Source: Callorhinchus milii
Taxonomy: Eukaryota
NCBI RefSeq assembly: GCF_018977255.1
Contig: NW_024704743.1
Span: 30,630,001-30,694,000 of the forward strand
DNA length: 64,000 nucleotides
Reading direction: 5' to 3'
The notes under the pieces are model-generated. The model saw only the letters and a list, made by a program, of their open reading frames with translations, had not been told where the DNA came from and made no database searches. Below are positions 50,744 through 64,000 of this stretch, piece after piece. The position numbers were made by a program, and so were the translations under genes. Each line of letters starts with the position of its first letter. Positions within the stretch are counted from its first letter, which is position 1.

Positions 50744-51525
50744 TACATATAATGTTTACACATTGCAGAACTTCGGGTCACATAGCAAATGGATCACCGA
50801 GTTATAAAGACCCTCTTATTTAAATGGAAGCTTGCTTGGTTTAGCTGATACCATTTTGGGTCCAGACACGGTGCACAGTTATGTAGCCAATTAGTGACCA
50901 ACTCTTTCCCCCTTTGCAAGTAAATCCCTTTAAACATATTGGAATCCTAACATATTATTTCAAATTCTCTGGGCATGGCTGGGATGATCACAGACAAAGT
51001 GGGCAGAGGTTAAGATCCTTTGAGAGGTATAAACCATCTCTTTTTCCACTCCAGTGTGTTTTCATGTGCTAACGGGGTTAAATCAACCGGATTTAATAGA
51101 GAAGCAATGTTATGAGGTATGAGAAGAGCAGCTGAGGAAACAAGTCAGCTTTGATCCAGCGAGTGGAAAAGATTCAGGGCTAGGTAAAGCTTATAGGTCA
51201 GGCAAAATACAGGTGCTTCATTGGCCGATATTTAAAAATTAATCTGGTAAAAAAAGGTGAGAATCAAAGTGCAAAGCAAATGTCACTGATGTTCCTGTGC
51301 ATGAAGTGTCTGGTATTATGTTTTGTAAATCCCATTTACTGGCATTTAGTGGCTAGGAAAAATATGCAAATAGGCAGGCTACACAACTAGATACATACAA
51401 ATAAACACAGAAAGTTGAATCTTTTGTGTAAAAGGTTTGGGGATTTGAACAGTAATGGAGTCAACCTTCTGTGGTGGTTTTGGTAATCCAGTTGTTGAGC
51501 CAGACAGGCCCATTAGTAGGACTTG

Positions 51526-51838
51526 TAGAATCATAGAATCTTATAGCACCGAAGGAGGCCATTCGGCCCATCGTGCTGACTCTTTGAAAGAGTTATCCAA
51601 TTCGTCCCACTCCCCCACGTTTACCCCATAGCTCTGCAATTTTTTCCTTTTTCAGTATTTATCCAATTCCCTTTTGAAAGCTATTATTGAATTTGCTTCC
51701 ACCACCCTTTCAGGCAGTCCATTTCAGAACATAACAACTCTCTGGGTAAAAAAAATTTCCTCGTCTCCCCTCTGGTTCTTTTGCCAACTATCTTAAATCT
51801 GTTTCCTCTGGTTATCGACCCACCCATCAGAAGAAACA
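51526..51838 (-). mobile_element. CR1 3' fragment
   Basis: tagaatcatagaatc tail, ggaggccattcggcccatcgtg, ORF2 C-terminus reverse complement. Confidence 0.92.
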
Positions 51839-51887
51839 GGGAGCAGACCATCATTGTGGGCAGGGACTTTTCGCTCTTAGGGACCTT

Positions 51888-52202
51888 GGAGTCCTGTAGC
51901 TCAGTGGTTAGAGCACTCGCTTTGCAAGCAAGAGACCTGAGTTCAATTCCAGGAAGGGGGAAACCTTGGGCGAGTTTCCTTACTCCACACTGAGCCTAAT
52001 AATAATCCCTCCAAAACCCAAAACAATAATAAATTGGTCATTTTCAATTTTCGATTGTTTGTGGGACATTGCTGTGCGCAATTGGCTGCCGCGTTCGCCC
52101 ACAAATATACAGTCAATTCACTTTACAGTGTGTTCTGTGAAGCGCTTTGGGACGTCCTCCTGACGTGAAAAGCGCTATATCAAATGCAAGGATTATTATT
52201 AT
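51888..52202 (+). mobile_element. tRNA-SINE, tail variant B, with internal deletion
   Basis: ggagtcctgtagctcagtggttagagcactcgc head; tail gggacgtcctcctgacgtgaaaagcgctatatc. Confidence 0.93.
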
Positions 52203-52547
52203 CTCCTGTTAACCCTATAAGCCAAAGCCCTCATGGATGGTGCAAATTGGACACACAGTGGATCACTTGTGAGACAATGCAAATGCTGGCAACCTCTGTG
52301 GATTTTGCCGGTTGGACTCCAGCAGTACCCTAATACACACTCCAGGGTCCCTAAGCCTTGGCTTTTACCAACCTGTGTCGAATACTCTCTGGAATTAGGT
52401 AAACGGGATGTATCCTCGTGGAGAAATAGTGTGTAGTCCATTCCTGACACAGGGAAATTTCTATTTGTGGAACTCAGTCTGGTTTGGATATTCTTCAGCC
52501 TGGTGATGGGTTTCCGCTTGTATCAGACACTTTCTGACCCCAAAAAA
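52203..52547 (+). mobile_element. Family X LINE 3' end copy
   Basis: cctgttaaccctataagccaaagccc..gggtccctaagccttggct..ggaattag..ctcagtctggtttggata..ggtgatgggttt..aaaaa. Confidence 0.8.
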
Positions 52548-54279
52548 TCCTCCACAAATGCTATCAACACTACTGGGTAAGTTTCATACCAGATTGCAGC
52601 TCTCTGAGAGCCCTCTTTCCTCGCCTCCTCCCAGCGACTGTAATCTTTTATAGATACTTAACGCCAATGGTCCATTAATTACTTTGCCAATAGGTTAATC
52701 GATTCCACACTTCCAGAATATGCACAAAACCAGTTCTGAGTGGCACAATACTAAAACTCTTTGGATACACCAAAATTCTCTGATAAATTGATCGTCTGAA
52801 AACTTCTGGACTTTGCTGTCACTTTCTTTCCTCACTAATTACACAAAGAATCACATAACCCAGAAATGGATGTTTCCGAAGATTATGGGCACTCAAACCC
52901 TCCTTTCATACTTATTCCATGTCCAGAGAAACGGCAATTTCCATACAAACATACCAAAAAAAGTCGGGGGGAGCAGCCGGGTGGGAAACCTATCACCATG
53001 CTTAACAGTAACATTAATATAAAATAATAGTAACAGGTGCATTTGACACAGCACCGCGTCCTATCACACGGGAATGTCTCAAAGACTTACACATTATTTA
53101 ATGGAGAGTGTAGTAACTGTGCATTTTGTGGGTGAATGCAGTAGCCAATTTGCACCTAACAATGTCCCAAGGTCATTCACAGCTATGAGGTGAATGACCA
53201 ATTGTTTCAGGTGGGCATACTCCTGATCTTAAAAATCTAACATCCAAAACTCCACAGTAATTATTTATTCTCACAGGTCCAATATTCAGCTCTGCTTACC
53301 CCTGCTCTCCACACCACACAAGCACACACCTCGCACTAGTGCAGAAGCCATTTAATCCTGTGGTGTATTTAATAATCAAATAGTCTGCTGCCTCCTTCAA
53401 AGATTATCATGAAGAAATTAGTAGTATTTATTTATCCCTGAGAGATACAGTATTTCAGAGACCATTGTTACTACTTTGATTCAATGTGCAATCAATGATG
53501 CATCCCATCTGGTCTCAACCAGCAGACTGCAGAACTCAGATTGAGAATATACAGTAAGAATAGCTGTATAAATCACACCATTTCTAAAGGTAAGACTCAC
53601 ATCCTGCGAAAGAACATTTAATCTTCAAAAGGTGATTAATATGGAAAACCTGAATCAGTTGGGTTGTGAATCTCTCTCCTATCTCTGGTTCCATATTTAC
53701 ATTCATCCCAGACTGTCTCTTTGAACCACGGTGCCAAAAAAATTAATCCTCAAAGTACTCACATTGATTTTGCTTACAAGTCTTTACTGGGAATCTTTGA
53801 ATGATTCCTTTTTGCAGCAACAAGCTGTGCTGCTGCAATGAATACTATTATACATCGCCACATGCACTCCTGCTGAACAGCGAAGAAACAACAACTTGCA
53901 CTATTCTTAACATAAGTAGTGTATCAGAGAGCTTAACAGGGGTGTGATTTGATGCCACTCTGGAGGTGACCGAAGGCATGGTCGAAGAGGAAAATCTTCA
54001 GGTGCGATTTGAAGATGGACAAAGAAGGGGCAAGGTGGAGGGATTGAGGCAAGGAGTTCCGGAGATTCGGGCATTGTGGCTGAAAACACGAAGAGCAAGA
54101 GAAGGTAGAATAACGTTTACTGACTTGCTTAGACTAGTTATTCAATGGTTGGAGAAAGAATGGACAGACTCCAAGAAACAATAAAAGGTTCCCAGACAAA
54201 GTTCTTGAAACCCTGGGAGTTGATTTTGAAACCTTTTCAATATTTAGATGAAATCGATTGTTATAACTCCTATTAATGT

Positions 54280-54650
54280 TGAAACATGTCAAAGCACTTC
54301 ACAGTATGAATATTGAATGCTATGAATGTTTTTCCTAAGCAAATACAGTAGTTATTTTGCGCACAGCAAAGTGCCATAAATACTCGGGAGGTGAATGATC
54401 AATTGTTCCTGATGATTACTGGTCAATATACCAAGAGATACTCCCTTCTTTCTTTCAAATCAAGCAATGGGATTATTAATCTACACCTGAACAGGCAGGA
54501 CCTTGGTTTAACATCTCTATAAAAGGATGGCATCTCAGACAATACAGCACTGGAGCATCAGTCGAGACTCTGAGCTCAAAGTCCAATGATTTAAACTTCT
54601 GACTTTAAACTTCAAGAGAATAGAGTGCATCAACTGAGCCAGGCTGACAC
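54280..54650 (-). mobile_element. Older DeuSINE
   Basis: cacctgaacaggcaggaccttggtttaacatct..gacaatacagcac..ttctgact..gagtgc..aactgagcca. Confidence 0.75.
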
Positions 54651-55639
54651 TTTCCTCCTTGTAAAATTTTAATGAGGTGGAAAAGTGGAATTTCTGAGAG
54701 TGGATTGCATAAAAGCAAATAGCAGGAAAGTCTTGAAAACTAGCTAAAGAACTACAACAATTGGTGCAACATACTACCCAGACTGAACAATAAGACAAGA
54801 AAAATAAAACAGTGGTAAAACAAAAAGCAGTAAAACTCACATTAACGTAATGTAGTTTGTGGGAGGGAAGACTGAGAGAGGTGTGGTTCAACAGTTGTCA
54901 GGGAAATACTCAACTAGTGTGGAAAAGAAATAAATGTTGATTTAAATGCAGCGAGGATACAGAAGCATGCGAGTGTGCTTGAAAGCAAAGTGGGAAGTAA
55001 TACCAGAACAATATTACTAGCCTAGATATGGACACAATACGAAGCAACAGAGAGAGACACTGGAGGAATAGGGGTGAAGGGAAGGCTCACCAAACAAAAT
55101 GTTCAGGTTCTGCCCTTGATCCCAAAACTAGATCCTGCTCAATTAAGTTAATTTCTATCCTCTGGGCAACTACATATCTAGAACTAGCTTTATAGTTGAA
55201 ACTGCAAACAGCAAAGCACAGAATTCTCTCTCTTTCATTTGCACCTTGTGTGACGCGTGATCTCACAAGCTCCCAGGTCAAAGTGAAAGCAATGTCATTC
55301 ATTTGGTCACTTAAAGCTATGCCCCCTTCACTAAGCAATCTTGGCTGCTCTGTAGATGGGAACATACATAACTCATTAACAATCTCACATCTGGAGGAGC
55401 CTGGAAATCGAGAAAACTGTAATATCACCTCAGGGGCCGGAGTGTGAATGTGTTTTGAATTCTGATGTGTTGAAGGTCTCCGTGCTCTGGTAACTGTAAT
55501 GGTATATAGGAGATGAGATTGAGCAATCTCCTGACTCGGTTCTTAGTAGGCGAAGGTTCAGTGTGAAATAAAATTGACAGAGTCATTTAAAAGGGCCACA
55601 AGGCGACTCATGTGGGAAAGGATAAATATCTTACACATG

Positions 55640-55980
55640 CAATGGAGAGCGCACTTAATGGGTAGGGTGGCCCTAGCTGGACAAGCACGGGAAAGCTTAC
55701 CAGGCAATGCTATCGATGGCAAGCTATGCAGTTTTAACTGGTAAGACTCCAACAGTACGCCATTGCACAGTCTGGGGTCCCTAAGCCTTGGCTCCTACCA
55801 ACCTGCGCCTAATATTTTCCGGAATTAGATAAGCAGGATGCGTCCCTCCAAGGAGAGAGTGCACGTTCCATTCCGACAATCTATCTCTATGTGTAGGTGG
55901 GATGCATGGAATTCTCAGTTTGGTTTGGATACTCTTAAGCATGGTGATGGGTTTACGCATTTGTCAGCCACCCAAAAAAT
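55640..55980 (+). mobile_element. Family X LINE 3' end copy
   Basis: gggtagggtggccctagctggacaagcacgggaaagctt..gggtccctaagccttggct..tgtgtaggtgggatgcatgg..aaaaaa. Confidence 0.85.
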
Positions 55981-56102
55981 CTGCATTATTATTTAGACTC
56001 CAATGTTGCAGAGCGAAAGGAAATGCCTCATTCTCAAGCACCAACATTCTTGAGCTTGCTGAACACCATGATGTGTCAGTGCAAAGGCACATTCAAGATA
56101 CA

Positions 56103-56268
56103 ATATTCCTTGCATTTGAAATACCGCCTTATCACATCTTCGAAACGTTTCAAAGCACTTCACAGAATACATTGTAAAGTGAATTGACTGTGTATTTTGT
56201 GGGTTGAAACGCGGCAGTGAATTGCGTACAGCAGTGTCCCACAAACAGTCGTGGATCGAGTGACCAAA
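56103..56268 (-). mobile_element. 5'-truncated tRNA-SINE
   Basis: Reverse complement of the SINE 3' half; similar partial copies near 37180, 38910, 41935, 49870 and 57200. Confidence 0.88.
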
Positions 56269-57361
56269 TGTTGCCTCACGTTACAAAATAATGTTGAAAA
56301 AAACCCAACATTATCCCCATCTTTGTTCCTCACAACTGGCAGGAATTTTTGCTGCCAATTTTTGCATGTATTCAGTGTTTGTGATCTACCTGGAAATACC
56401 CAGCATGAGCAGCTAAAGACATGAATTTGAGGGAATGAACACTGTTGAAGTGTAAATAGCCCCTATTCATTTGATGCGATGTGAGAAAACAGTTTCTGCG
56501 AAGAACTGATAACCTACAGACCTGTGGAGTTAATGACTGAAACGCCAGCTTTTTGTTACTTGAACTGGATGTTTTATTTGATTGTAAACACACAGTGACA
56601 AATCGCTCTTGATTATACAAAACAACAGCAGTAATTTAAAGAGAAAGCTCCCAATCACCGCTGGAGCAATCCACATCCTGAGTTTAAAAACTGATTATTC
56701 CTTGAATTTGCCGTCTCTTGTGATGAGACGTTAAACCAAAGTCCCATATTTTTGTATTTCGCTTCCAGAAACATTATATTTATGGGTTATCTGGTGGGGG
56801 GGAGGAGATGGCAATGAAATTGGCCCGGGGGCGGATGCAGCCGGTGAGCCATCAGTTGGACCAGCCTGGACGAGACCATGAGCTCAAAGTCCTGATGTGG
56901 GCCTTGAGTCTATAACTTTTTGACCCAGATGTGTGAGTGCTATAAAATGAGCCAGGCTGACACCTATCTTGCAGTTAAGTAGCATTTTTCATTTAGGATA
57001 ATCTCAAAGTGTTTTGTGGAGATGGAGCGGAAATAAGGGCCACGAGAATGGCCAAAAATTATTTCAAGAAACTGGACTGAAACACGTGGATCCACCAGTC
57101 AGAACTCCAGAAAGCCTCCAGAACTCGCTGGGCCCCAACTTCCAAAGAGCCTCCACATCTCCCTCCTCCCCTTAATCTAACAACAGCCAAAGAATGCCGA
57201 TATAATAATAATATTCCTTGCATTTGATGTGGCGCCTTATCACATCTTTGAGACATCTCAAAGCACTTCACAGAATATACTGGAAAGTGAATTGACTATA
57301 TATTTTCTGGGCGAACCTCTGTTAAAGAAATAAAACTCTTACTGTGGACATCTTACATACT

Positions 57362-57716
57362 ATATATAAAGTAAACACTGAGGGACTGTTTCCCCTGGTA
57401 GGAGAATCTATAACCAGGGGTCACAGTCTTAAAATTAAGGGTCAGCCTTTTAGAACAGAGTTGAGGAAACATTTCTTCACTCAGAGGGTAGTAAATTTAT
57501 CGAATTCACTTCCCCCAAAAGGCTGTAGATGCTCAGTCCTTGAACATTTTCAAGCCTGAGACTGATAGATTGCTTAAAAAATTGAGGGATTAGGGATATG
57601 GGGTTAGGGCAGGTAATTAGAGTTAGGTCAGAAGATCAGCCATGATCTTATCGAATGGCGTGGCAGGCTCCAGGGGCCGAATGGCCTACTCCTGCTCCTA
57701 ATTCTTATGTTCTTAT
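57362..57716 (+). mobile_element. CR1 3' fragment
   Basis: GLFPLVGESITRGHSLKIKGQPFRTELRKHFFTQRVVNL; 3' UTR ending ttcttatgttctta. Confidence 0.95.
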
Positions 57717-57868
57717 ATATTATACTGAAACTTGAAAAAGCACGAAAATGTTTCAATAAAATATCCTTAAAACCTCCTGGTTTCCCAGATTATCAATACA
57801 TTTTAGTGTAATATTTGTATTGTATAGACAGGATAATTACTGTTTGAGACAGCCCTTTAGTCCACCCA

Positions 57869-58065
57869 AATACAACAACAAAATTACATTTGTATAGCAC
57901 CTTTCACGTCGGGGAGGACGTCCCAAGGCGCTGAACAGACAGAGTTACGTACCCGAGCTGAGGGTTGGGGTGGGGGAGGGTGGAGGGCAGGGGGGGGAAG
58001 CAGGTCGAAGAGGACGTCTTGAGGTGGGTCTTGAAGGTAGCGAGGGAGGGGGTGAGACGGAAGAC
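57869..58065 (-). mobile_element. L2 3' end
   Basis: Tail acatttgtatagcacctttcacgtcggggaggacgtcccaaggcgct; FKTHLKTSSS-type terminus. Confidence 0.85.
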
Positions 58066-59417
58066 AGAATACAAATGACACAAGAGGGGTTTCTCACCAG
58101 ATAAGTCGCAGGTCTTATTCTAAGCAGAAGGCGTGCTTTTTTTACACCTCTCAGCATGAAGGGTTGAGGTTGCTGAACAGTAACTGCCTACCGTGTAGCG
58201 CTGTAACCACACATTGCTATCTCAGCAGCTTGAGGTAGGTCAGCTGCAATGCTAAGATACCCAGCAATGCAGCCTTGACCCCAGGCTCTGAAAAGTACCT
58301 CACAACTGCAGGCAATTCGTAATGTTTGTGTAGATTCACAGCAGTGGCTGAAATGTGTCAAATTCAGGGCAATTTCATGCTGGGGTCTCTCTTCTCTCCT
58401 CTAATGGGAAATGAGCGGAGACTACAATAACTCGGGCTGCTCGTGACCCTTAAAAAATATCAGAGGAAACAGCAGATAGTCATTCCCTTTCTGTGCCTTA
58501 GATCTGAGTACAGGTTTACCAGAGATCACAGACAGAATTTCTGAACAATGTTTGAATGCACTGTACTGCACAATGTCTTTGGTCAACTCTGCAATAGGTG
58601 ATTAGTGTGTCAGTGATGTGTTTCGCTCGTTGTGTTCCACAAAATCAAGTCACAAACTAAATGAAGATCTGAGAACAATGGTCCTGGAGTGATGCTTTAA
58701 CCTGGGAATGAGAGTCACTGACACCTGTAGAGTCTGTTCAGAGTACATGAGGGTAGATACAGTCAATCTTTTTTTTGCAAATACTACCTTTCACAAAGCC
58801 CATTCATGTTTTAGAGGTTTTCTTTATCTCTTGTACATTTAAATTGATACCCAAACAGCACAGTATGTTTCCTGCTGACCTTTCTTGGACTTTGACACAC
58901 AGAGTTCAGAACAAAGTCTATACATCCAACGTAACCTTGGATTACTACCAGCCAGTGGCTTTTTGCAGATGTGTCCCCTTCCAGCTACCCAAGCAGATTG
59001 CTGGCCATTTCTGGAACTTTGCAGTGCACTGAATGGTTGCCACATTTTTCCTACAAGTCTCCATCTGACAGGAATGACTATAAAGCATTTTGGGACGTTT
59101 TGATGTATAAAGTGCTATAAAAATAGACTTTTATTTTGTTCTCGCTCACAGGTCATTTGGGAAGGGGAGGGGAAAGAGAGAGAAAACGCTATTCACACTG
59201 CATTTAAATGACTGACATCTTGATGTGATTTAGGTATTTTACCCCAGGATCGGGGTAAATTGGTAACCAAACAGAGAGAAAGAACACCTATTGGAGAAGA
59301 GGGTTATATAATGCAGTTTCAGTTCGCAGACTCCAGAGCAACCTGAAAATCTGCCAATTAGTCAAAAAAAAATGTCTTCAGGCAGAGGGCAGCACTGAAA
59401 AAAAAGATTATTTTAAT

Positions 59418-59961
59418 ATGGCAATGGGATGCCGGAATCGAACCAACCCTCTGTGGCGGTCTCGGTGGTCCAGTTCCTGTGCCAATAGGGTCTGCCGTAT
59501 TCTAGGGCACCTCTGATGACAGCACAGCCAGCCTGGCCCATCAGAAGGACTTGGAAGGGCAGAGCAGTCACTGGGGTAGGGAATCCTCCCACTCAATTCC
59601 TGTTAGCCCTGCAGGCCAAAGCACTTACGAGTAGGGTGGTCCTAGCTGGACAAGCAGTCCAAAGCTTGCCAGACAGCAATATCAATGACATGCTATGTGG
59701 TTTTTGCTGGTTAGACTCCAGCAATACCCCAAAGCACACTCTGGCGTCCCCAAGCCTTGGCTCTTGCCAGTCTGAGCAGAATACTTTCTGGAATTAGTTA
59801 AACAGGATGAGTCCCTCCAAGGCGAGGAGTGCACATGCCAACAAATAATCTCTGAAATGTCCATGTGTAGGTGGGATGCATGGAAATCTCAGTTTGGTTT
59901 GAATACTTTTAAGTATGGTGATGGTTTACGCATGTGTCAGACACCCAGCTGAGCAAAAAAA
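59418..59961 (+). mobile_element. Family X LINE 3' end, longest 3' copy
   Basis: 59420-59670 aligns to 5165-5430 and 59590-59960 aligns to the copies at 52203 and 55640; ends in an A run. Confidence 0.88.
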
Positions 59962-60449
59962 GAGTTTGTGTAGAGAGAGAAAATCCCTGTTATAGCACCT
60001 TTCAATGCAACTCTTTCTCACTTATAATACACATCTACTCTGGACTCACTGCTAATCCCACTTCCTGTACAATGAGCAACTGAAACGCTATTGCAACTAA
60101 AACGACTTCCTGTGCACCACTTTGAATCAAAGGTATTTGAATCCCAAGCATTGTAGCGGTGGGGGCGGGGGGGGATTTACGCACAAGGTGGCAGAGGATC
60201 ATAAGCAGGTGCTAAGGGCATGTTTTACATGTTGATTGTGTTTCTACCACTTTCCTTTTCACACTTGATCAAACCTAAATCATCACTGTTAGCAAATAAA
60301 TACAGTTATTATTCTATGCTCATACCAGGCAAAATTGTTTAACAATTCAGCCTCTTATTCTGTCTTGAGGCAAGAGTTGCCAACGTAAGTACATTAGAAA
60401 GCATGAAAGGAGAAAAGACCATAAATAAAGCTCATGCAATGATTTACAA

Positions 60450-61105
60450 AGAGTGTACAGCACAGAAACAGGCCACTCGGCTCAACCAGTCCGTGCTGGT
60501 GTTTATACTTTACACAAGTCTCCACCCATTACCTTACTCCCTCCCATAACCTTCTAGTCCCCTCTTCCCAACGTGAAGGTCTAACTTCCTCTTGAATGCA
60601 TCTAAACTATCTGATTCAACTATCGCTTTTGGCAGTGAGTTTACAATCTCACCACCCTTTGGATGAAGCAATGCCTCCTAAATTCTCTTTTAGATCCCCT
60701 AATCACTATCTTATATTTGTGTCCCCTGGTTACGGACTCCCCAACCAGTGGAAACAATCTATCTATACTCACCTCATCAATTTCAAAAATAATTTTAAAC
60801 ACCTCTATTAACTCCCCCCCTTAGACATCTTTTCTCTAGTGAAAAAAGGCTTAACTTATCTAGTCTATTCTGATAGAGGTAAGTTGCTAGCCCTGGTATC
60901 ATCCTAGCAAACCTACACTGTACTCTTTCCATTTGCCACTATCTCCTTCTTATAATGTGGAGATCAGCATTGGACACAATACTCACAATGTGGTCTAACC
61001 AAGATTTTGTATAAATTTAACATCACCTCTTCATTTTTAGATTATGACCTTCTGGATATAAATCCGGAGACCCCATTGGCCTTTTTTATAGCCTTATCTA
61101 CCTAA
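60450..61105 (-). mobile_element. CR1 3' fragment
   Basis: cacagaaacaggccactcggc 3' UTR; ccctggtatcatcct, ggacacaatactc..tgtggtctaacc (LVRPHxEYCVQ). Confidence 0.9.
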
Positions 61106-61264
61106 TGCCTTCTACATAGTTCACAAATTCTACTTCATTGTGGGGTCCACTCTCCATCCACTGCTGTAATCTATATAAAACTCCACAATAGTCTTTCATA
61201 ACCTTTGACAAATAGAACATCTTTGTCAGGCGGCAGATTTCAACTCATTAATTGGGTGGTGAAA

Positions 61265-61560
61265 GATGGAGAGTGAGAGTGAGTCAGAGAGCTAAAAGGC
61301 GAGGGAGAACGTGACAGAGATAAAGAATGTGAAGGAGAGTGAGAGTAGAGTGAGAGAATGAATGAAAGAGCAAGAGGGTGAGGGTGAAGGATAGGAAAAG
61401 TGAGGTAGAGTGTGAGAGTGTGAAGGAGAGTCAGAGGGAAAGGGAAAACAGCAGTGCAATCTATACTAGAAAGGGAAATTGAGACAGAATCTCAGAGAGA
61501 CACACACACACACACACAGGCAGACAGAAAGGCAGAGAGACAGACACATGCAGACAGACC
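61265..61560. repeat. GA/GTGA low-complexity tract with (CA)n and CAGA units
   Basis: Visible directly. Confidence 0.85.
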
Positions 61561-62792
61561 GTGAAATGCATTCAGCCCAGGTGCAGATTCAGCTCACCCA
61601 TCTCACTGAAACATTCTTCTCTGCCACGCCTTACAACTGCCAGATACCTGATACCATCTCAAATGCAAACTGCACAGTACAGACAGCTCACAGTTTGTAC
61701 AGCCCTGTAGTTGTGTGCCAAAGAATTCCCAACAAAAATGCAAAAATAAAACCCGCCAGAATTCAGAGACAATTTGTGATATCATTGTCAGGGCTCAACG
61801 CTGACAACAAGGTGACACGATGCCCCACACAAGTGACGCATTCCAGATCTGCCTCGTGGCTCATTGCTCACAAGTTAAGGTCACCTTGACCTGTGAGATA
61901 AGACGGCATCTTTTCTGTCAAGGATCTGCTATTTCAACTTGCCCGACCTGATAAGACAAAAATTCAAAAACAATGTAATCTTTTTTCCTTAATTCTTACA
62001 AAATGAAATGCCTAAGTTCGAGATGGTTTGTACAATGAGCGCCACTGTATTGCTGTTTGGTGACCTTGGATTAATACAGTTGTATTGTGCCCTTGGCATC
62101 ATGTGCCGGATACAGTGTTAGTTTCAGCAGAAAACAGCCTTGATCCACTGAAGTGAAGATGGGAACTGGCTGCAGAACCCCTTCTCTTTGCCCTCTTTCC
62201 TCAATTACATGCTGACCCCTCTTTCTATGTCCGCTTTAGCCCTTCCTCACCCCCCCACCCCCCCTCCCACATCACACACACATTCCACACACCCATCATT
62301 ATCTCTGTCCACTCTCAGCTTGCCTTCACTCACATTTTCTCTATCCCTCCCTCATGCCCACTCTTCACCAGACTTCTCAGGCTCCCTTATTCCCTATTTT
62401 CTCTCTCGCTGAGGTTGCGACTCTCTCTCCAAGCTCATTGCTAATCTCCGTCACCAGAGGAAGAAATGTAGGGGGGAAAATTGCAGCACTTGATGTGATA
62501 ATTATCATCATCATTACCACCACCAGTGAAAATTAGCACATAATGGAGATTTCCACTCATCAATGTGGGGGGGGGGGGGGAATTGACGGATAGGGAGCAA
62601 TGAGTTCACAACACTCATGACTATAGTTGATGCCAAAGGCCCATGCGGTGCACCGCCTTTCAGTGCCACTTTCCGGGATGGCCAACTTAACTCAAGTTTC
62701 AAGTGTATGATGTATTTTTGATTCCTATATTTTCTTAGTAATATGCTCCACCCACCCCCCAAAAAAATAAAAACAAAACCCAGAAACCTCAC

Positions 62793-62958
62793 AAGGAAAG
62801 GACGTATCCAGAGAGAGAAGTAGCCATTTCCCATTTAACCAGAAGACACAGTGGAGTCCCACAGTCTGTAACAAAGCTCTAAGAAAATGAACGGACAAAA
62901 TCGGCGCTGCTAAGCCAAGTGTTAATAGCAGTAGGTATATACACTTCAAGAGACACAT
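62793..62958 (-). other. Weak candidate alternative first coding exon with hydrophobic N-terminus
   Basis: MCLLKCIYLLLLTLGLAAPILSVHFLRALLQTVGLHCVFWLNGKWLLLSLDTSFP then T|gtgagg donor (phase 1); unique sequence. Confidence 0.25.
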
Positions 62959-63254
62959 GACAGCAAATTCCCTTCTATTGGAGTTGAGGAATGAGTTTGA
63001 CTATGTTGTACGCAAATTTAGTTGCTGCTACATGTATGTTGGTGAAAGGCTCACAATGAGTTTTGGGGTCAGCCTGGCGCTGGAGAGTGGTCCTCCCAAC
63101 GTCAAGCTGTCATGCTGGCCTTGATAGAAGTTAGTGTGGGCACCATTTTTCCACCTCTCTAGCTTTTACAATCATGCATTGAGCAGGTTTGATGTCAGTG
63201 TATTGTTTGGTGTAAATGGTTGAAATATACAGAGTTTGTAACCATACTAATTTA

Positions 63255-63530
63255 GAATACGATACAACCTTAGATTTATATAGTGCCTTTAACATAGGGA
63301 GGATGTCCAAAGGTGTTTAACAAATACTGATTTGGCGCCCAAGCTGGGTTTGAGTTCAAGGGGGGGTTGGGTTTGAAGGGGTAGGGAGGGGAAAGATAGG
63401 GACTGAAAATGCAGTCAAAGACGTACATCTCGAGACTGTACCTTGAATGGAGGTGAGGGAAGGAGTGAAACGGAGGGAGTTCCAGAGAGCAGGGGCAGAA
63501 AGGTTGAAGGCTCATCCATCGATTGTAGGG
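63255..63530 (-). mobile_element. L2 3' end
   Basis: Tail atttatatagtgcctttaacatagggaggatgtcc; LWNSLRFTPSLTSIQGTV-type degenerate terminus. Confidence 0.75.
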
Positions 63531-64000
63531 TAGATTGGGCGTAGGACGCGAAGCAGGCTGGTGTGTGCTGAATCAATGGTGCAGCCGAGTATCTTTCAAT
63601 GCCAGACATATTAACCCAGTATGTCAAACTGGTTATTTAACACTGGACATTTCACTTCAATGCATCCAAAAAAAAACTTTTCAAAATTATAAATTTATAT
63701 TGGCGGACATTAACAGCAGTGCAACAGTATCTATCTGTGGTTATCTATCCCTGTAAGCAGACAGATCAAGTGTCTTGTGAGACTTCAGAGAGCTGGGACT
63801 CAACATTCTCATTTATCAACAGCAAAGACTGGCAACAGGCACTGTAAGATTAAAAGTCATCACATCAAACTTCAGTTTGTTTGCTTCAACATCGCTGCTG
63901 GCACCAGATCCCGCTGCCTGGAACCCCCAGACTGTTGCTTTGGTGTGCTGCTAGCAAACCCTTGCCAAAATACACAGCAATTTACAAGACTATTTCCCAT

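Noticed and set aside
59510..59550. Hammerhead ribozyme in family X (ctgatga)
   Set aside because: No GAAA box, and the copy near 5265 reads ctgatta

Overview
Gene-poor, repeat-dense vertebrate DNA. The repeat mix (tRNA-headed SINEs with a Deu-like body and L2-type tail, older DeuSINEs, CR1 and L2 LINE fragments) points to a cartilaginous fish, probably a holocephalan; this is inferred from remembered consensus sequences, not a search. No intact long CDS, RNA gene or CRISPR array is present, and most ORFs in the track are repeat fragments or chance ORFs. The window looks like large 5' introns of a minus-strand gene I cannot name. The best candidate coding exon is 17244-16960 (MERFRPNLFRDRGTVCYDESTEKTLNYYFVDLGPEANARRSTIPM), with weaker first-exon candidates at 31098-30974 and 62958-62793. 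Main observations: (1) a decayed, intron-containing CGGBP1-like hAT transposase gene (43.5-45.1 kb) with a CR1 inserted in its intron; (2) a non-CR1/non-L2 LINE family with a C-terminal zinc knuckle and a long shared 3' UTR, in four copies; (3) two hAT MITEs of one family with TIRs and TSDs, one filled by a ~550 bp GA tract; (4) SINE/L2 3' tails with covarying stem-loops and nested insertions; (5) long fold-back elements. Repeat boundaries were read by eye and are approximate.
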